DNA of 45,983 bases from an uncultured bacterium. GTDB taxonomy: Bacteria > Patescibacteriota > Minisyncoccia > Phycocordibacterales > UBA918. Each line of letters begins with the position of its first letter. The first letter of the stretch is position 1. The stretch covers positions 1 through 45,983 of the forward strand of contig CAJXAG010000001.1 of NCBI GenBank assembly GCA_913050645.1, given 5' to 3'. The position numbers were made by a program, and so were the translations under genes. Shown one piece after another: positions 41,643 to 45,983 of this stretch. A model generated the notes under the pieces. The model was given only the letters and a program-made list of their open reading frames with translations. It made no database searches and had not been told where the DNA came from.

Positions 41643-41909
41643 TCTCTTTCCTTTCTTTGCTAGATCAAAACTAACCCAAACATACCACCACCTTTCATTT
41701 TTGCAAGAAGCAAGACACTAGCGTATTTTCTTCCTGTGAGGTCGAAAATACTGAGCGTTTCACCACAGAGAGTATTTCCATTTTTATACTCCTTTCAGTC
41801 GTTAAAAATTAGGTCGCATAAGCGAAATATACTCGCTTTTTAAGCTCGTTATTTTCTTAAAAAACACCGCGAGATCTCGCGGTGTTTTTAACCTACACAT
41901 TCATTTGAG

Positions 41910-42245
41910 CTATCTTAGAATCTCAAGAAGACGACTCAGTGTCCCTTGTGCTCCAGGATTGCCCAGCGTCGTTGTCATCATTGGTTCATAATCAAGACGT
42001 TTCGTTTCTGGAGCAAAACCAGAAATTACATTCTCGATTGCGACCTCTTGCATCTCTTGCAGACTCATCCGAGCTTTGCCAAACACAACAATGACAGATT
42101 CTTCCTCGTTTACATGCGACACAAAACACACAGCGTGAGACTCAGCAGACTGCTGCCTACCAGCCTCTGCAACCTGTGCGGCTATCTTGCCCTTTGTTTT
42201 GAGTACAACACAAAATGGAAAGAGTGGAAATAACGTATCACCCAT
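41910..42245 (-). CDS. Hypothetical protein (orphan cassette)
   Basis: AAGGA SD, upstream region similar to that of 41642, palindrome after stop. Confidence 0.65.
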   Translation of the reverse strand: MGDTLFPLFPFCVVLKTKGKIAAQVAEAGRQQSAESHAVCFVSHVNEEESVIVVFGKARMSLQEMQEVAIENVISGFAPETKRLDYEPMMTTTLGNPGAQGTLSRLLEILR

Positions 42246-42340
42246 AAGGCATTCCTTTCATAAAACTAAGCTAACCGCAAAATACTATAACTTTCATACC
42301 TTGTAAAGAGTATGAGATATGCTACTATGCCAACCAATAT

Positions 42341-44287
42341 ATGACTGAAAATAAAAACATTTTTAAAGGTCCGGTGATGGTGCGTGGAAAAGGTACTGGT
42401 TTTTTTGCGATACCTGACGCCCCTGACGACGCAGAAGACATTGTAATCGACACTGCAAACCTTAACTTCGCACTTGATGGCGACGTTGTAAAAGTGGAGG
42501 TACTTCCTAAAATTGGTGGTAAACGCCAAGAAGGAAAAGTACTTGAAGTGCTTGAAGTCACACACACAGAGTTTGTTGGTACTGTGAAGCCTGCCGGAGC
42601 TGGTAAACCACAACGATACTTCCAGCCTGATAACCATCGTATCCACGTGCGACCCGTACTTCCTGACGCTACCGAGCTTGATGACGGCATGAAAGTGGTT
42701 ATTGAGATTGACTCATGGAAGTCTCCGCATGTTGACCCTATTGGGAAAATCACTGAAGTACTTGGAAAAGCAGGAGATCACGAAACAGAAATGCAGGCGA
42801 TCATCCGTTCTGGTGGTTTTTCTGAGAACTTCCCGGAAGAAATCTCAAAGGCAGCACAAGAACTCTACGATAATAAAGACAAGATTTTCTCTGAAGCTAT
42901 TGCCGACCCAAAACGACGAGATATGCGCGGGACACTAACGATGACCATCGACCCTGCTGACGCCAAGGACTTTGACGACGCACTCTCATTTAAGACACTT
43001 GAAAACGGAAACTATGAAATTGGTATTCATATCGCTGACGTATCGCACTATGTAAAAGAAGGGCAACCTATCGACACTGAAGCACATGAACGTGGGACTT
43101 CTATCTACTTGGTAGATCGTGTAATCCCGATGCTCCCAGAGGTACTTTCTAATGACCTGTGTTCGCTTCGACCAAATGAAGATCGACTTGCCTTCTCTGC
43201 TGTCTTTGAAGTAAACAGTGATGCTGGTGTGGTAGGACAATGGTACGGACAAACCGTTATTCATTCTGACCGACGCTTTTCATACGAGGAAGCGCAAGAA
43301 GCACTTGATACAAAAACAGGTGACTACGTAGAGGAGCTCAGCACCATGATGGACCTTGGACGACTCCTGCGTAAGCGCCGGTACAAGAATGGTGCCATTG
43401 CATTTGAACAACCTGAGGTAAAGTTTGTACTTGATGAGAACGGGAAACCTATCGATGCGGTCACAAAAATCCGTACCGAAACAATGATGATGATCGAGGA
43501 CTACATGCTTCTTGCCAACATGAAGGTTTCAGAACACATCAACACACTTTGTGAAGACTCCGGAAAAGAACCGAACTTTATCTACCGCATCCACGATGTA
43601 CCCGACCCTGAACGCATCGAGGAACTTGCGATCTTTATCCACGCACTTGGATATGAGTTCAATATAAAAGACGGTGTCAACGCTAAGGACATCAATAAAC
43701 TTCTGAAAGACATCGAAGGAAAACCTGAAGAGAACCTTCTGAAGGTAGCAACCATTCGATCCATGGCCAAGGCGGTGTACTCAACAAAGAACATCGGGCA
43801 CTTTGGGCTTGCATTTAAGCATTACACGCACTTCACCTCCCCGATTCGTCGATACCCTGATCTTATGGCACACCGAATGCTCCGTAAGCACTTAGACGGT
43901 TCAACGATCGGGCCAAAAGAAATCGTAAAGCACGAACGTACCGCCGTACACGCTTCAGAACGCGAAATGTATGCAGTACGCGCAGAACGAGAATCAGTCA
44001 AGTACAAGCAAGTTGAATACATGCTTGATAAAATTGGAGAAGAGTTTGACGGAATCATCACTGGCGTCACCGACTGGGGCATTTATGTCGAGGAAAAGAA
44101 CTCAAAGGCGGAAGGTATGATTCGTCTCGGCAGCATCAAAGGAGACTACTTCACCCACGAAGCAAGCAAGTACCGGGTCAAGGGAGACAAGACCGGTACG
44201 ACCTATGCACTCGGGCAAGAAATACGTATCAAACTGGTACGGGCTGATTTGGCAGAAAAACAAATCGACTACGAGCTCATAAAATAA
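42341..44287 (+). CDS. rnr: Ribonuclease R
   Basis: TIDPADAKDFDDA, HFTSPIRRYPD, cold-shock and S1 domains. Confidence 0.92.
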   Translation: MTENKNIFKGPVMVRGKGTGFFAIPDAPDDAEDIVIDTANLNFALDGDVVKVEVLPKIGGKRQEGKVLEVLEVTHTEFVGTVKPAGAGKPQRYFQPDNHRIHVRPVLPDATELDDGMKVVIEIDSWKSPHVDPIGKITEVLGKAGDHETEMQAIIRSGGFSENFPEEISKAAQELYDNKDKIFSEAIADPKRRDMRGTLTMTIDPADAKDFDDALSFKTLENGNYEIGIHIADVSHYVKEGQPIDTEAHERGTSIYLVDRVIPMLPEVLSNDLCSLRPNEDRLAFSAVFEVNSDAGVVGQWYGQTVIHSDRRFSYEEAQEALDTKTGDYVEELSTMMDLGRLLRKRRYKNGAIAFEQPEVKFVLDENGKPIDAVTKIRTETMMMIEDYMLLANMKVSEHINTLCEDSGKEPNFIYRIHDVPDPERIEELAIFIHALGYEFNIKDGVNAKDINKLLKDIEGKPEENLLKVATIRSMAKAVYSTKNIGHFGLAFKHYTHFTSPIRRYPDLMAHRMLRKHLDGSTIGPKEIVKHERTAVHASEREMYAVRAERESVKYKQVEYMLDKIGEEFDGIITGVTDWGIYVEEKNSKAEGMIRLGSIKGDYFTHEASKYRVKGDKTGTTYALGQEIRIKLVRADLAEKQIDYELIK

Positions 44288-44321
44288 TAGAAAAGACGTG
44301 TCATGCACGTCTTTTCTATTA
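44285..44321. terminator. Bidirectional terminator
   Basis: taatagaaaagacgtg-tcatg-cacgtcttttctatta overlapping both stops. Confidence 0.8.
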
Positions 44322-45713
44322 GGTTTTGAGTGCCTCAGTCACTCCTGCGATAGAAAAGAAATACGCTTGTGCATCAGGGCCATATTGTTGTGTATATTGA
44401 TTTACATCACAATCTTTTGCAAAGTGCGTAAATGCTCGAAATAAATCATACCCCACTGGCTCACCTGCCATTTCACGTAACTCTTCATCTGTGTATGCAT
44501 CTACCAGCGCATGGAGGCATGCACCAATAGTCCAAGAGCCCGCATTGTATGCATTTATCATACATGGAACGAGGAAATGCTTTTGCCACAACTGCTCACC
44601 CTCTTGTCCTTCTCCAAACAATGCACGTAATCGTTCATACGTTTCTGGGCGCTCCCGACGCACAGTACCACCCCCTTCCTGCGGCACAATTTCATTCTGC
44701 ATCCAATGCCGGACACGTGTATAAATATTTGAAAAATGCTTTCCTGCCACATCTACTTCTTCCCTAAATGAAAGTCGGCGCTCAGGATCGTAGCCATTCT
44801 CTTCCCGCACATCATCCTTCAGCTGCATAACACCCTCTGCGGTCACACTGTTTTTCGGGAGCCCTGCATTAAACCGCGACTCTTGAGCTGCAAGCCCCAC
44901 CACAAAACCACGCAGCTCATCTTGTACCAGTTGCGGCACACGATTGTGAAACTCTATCTCCTGTTCTAAGTACTCAGACCGCGTGCGCTCCTGTCTGTCT
45001 CCACGAACCATCTTCTCTGGATTCATGCCATAGTACTGTACAACGTCAACCATAGTCTCTATACCATTACCACCGTTGACTGCGTCGAGAATACTCTGCG
45101 CAAGTTCCGGCTCGTCATCGGCCCGAGACACTGCACTTTCAAATTCTTGAGTAACATTACGTTGAGATATTTCATCCGTTGAAACATCATACTCACGTGC
45201 ATGCCTTGCCTCCACATACCGTAACCACTCACCTGCGATATTACCTGCAAGCATACCAGAATCATCAAGCCCACCCGGAGCTAATAAATAATCAAACTCC
45301 TCAGGTTGACCATCGGCACCTGTGCGAGTTCGCTGTACAATAAAATTCTCGAAATCAACCACCTGCCCCACTGGTGCACCAGACTCATCCACAAACAACA
45401 CTTGGTCATACCGCAATTCCCACCACCTTTGCCAACCAAGTCGTTCTCTCTCGAACGATTCGCTACTTGGCAATACTTCTACCGACTCCATCTCTGACTC
45501 AGACATAGCTTCTTCTCGATCCTCACTCTCCTTTAAAAAAGCAGTTCCCACAACCCCTCCTAGAGCTCCTGCAGTCATCGCGCTACTTGCGGCACCACGC
45601 AAAAAACCCCGACGTGTCATTGTCTTCGGTTTTTTCTGTACAGTTTCTTTTTTACGCTTACGTTCGTAAGTCGGATACCCTGCGTTATTCATTCCTGATT
45701 GCTCAAACGCCAT
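44319..45713 (-). CDS. Exported protein with twin-arginine-like N-terminus and SLT/lysozyme-like domain
   Basis: TRRGFL plus hydrophobic stretch; AQESRFN, GVMQL, AYNAG motifs. Confidence 0.7.
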   Translation of the reverse strand: MAFEQSGMNNAGYPTYERKRKKETVQKKPKTMTRRGFLRGAASSAMTAGALGGVVGTAFLKESEDREEAMSESEMESVEVLPSSESFERERLGWQRWWELRYDQVLFVDESGAPVGQVVDFENFIVQRTRTGADGQPEEFDYLLAPGGLDDSGMLAGNIAGEWLRYVEARHAREYDVSTDEISQRNVTQEFESAVSRADDEPELAQSILDAVNGGNGIETMVDVVQYYGMNPEKMVRGDRQERTRSEYLEQEIEFHNRVPQLVQDELRGFVVGLAAQESRFNAGLPKNSVTAEGVMQLKDDVREENGYDPERRLSFREEVDVAGKHFSNIYTRVRHWMQNEIVPQEGGGTVRRERPETYERLRALFGEGQEGEQLWQKHFLVPCMINAYNAGSWTIGACLHALVDAYTDEELREMAGEPVGYDLFRAFTHFAKDCDVNQYTQQYGPDAQAYFFSIAGVTEALKT

Positions 45714-45983
45714 ATATATCTATTATTCTACCTGAAAGATTTTCTGATTTGGTACGTCATTAACAGTACAAACAAATTATTATGAGAACACAACACTACA
45801 ACTTCGCATACCGAAATATCGAAACCGCCGATGTCAAAAAGGGTGGCGGTATTTTTGCGTCCATGTGTACCCTTCCAGTACGCTTGTCGCAACTCCGATC
45901 TAGCCGTGGGTATGGTTCTCGTAAATCTGCATACTATATGCAAAACTTTTAGCCAAACAAGAAATATCCCCGTGGCTGCATCG

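Noticed and set aside
45728..45943. 71 aa minus-strand ORF at the window end
   Set aside because: No RBS or motif, and it crosses a terminator-like hairpin near 45822-45856.

Overview
This looks like a chromosomal segment of a Patescibacteria (CPR, Parcubacteria-like) genome read in the standard genetic code. The taxonomy is inferred from compact RpoB/RpoC, a divergent L33, SD-less core genes and gene order. Core genes are truB, an alpha-glucan operon (GT4, GH57, small Lys-rich protein, GH15), rpmG, class I fba, an ABC exporter, prmC, hisS, uppP, dsbA, a UvrD/PD-(D/E)XK helicase-nuclease, a CBS-transporter-CBS module, dnaG-rpoD, rpoBC, rpsP-khpA-NUDIX-trmD, rnr and a lytic-transglycosylase-like protein. 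I found no tRNA, rRNA, CRISPR array, integrase or transposase. The unusual content is non-coding architecture. (1) Six copies of a covarying structured repeat sit on stop codons; in most, the closing stem is an inverted copy of the host gene's own 3' end. (2) About 12 self-contained orphan mini-gene cassettes (promoter, Shine-Dalgarno, ORF, hairpin) sit among core genes that are SD-free and often near-leaderless, and several are bounded by repeated palindromes or scaffolds. (3) Palindromes are embedded in-frame in prmC and trmD. (4) Several families of zero-spacer palindromes show symmetric substitutions. All protein calls come from motif recognition by eye, with no database searches.
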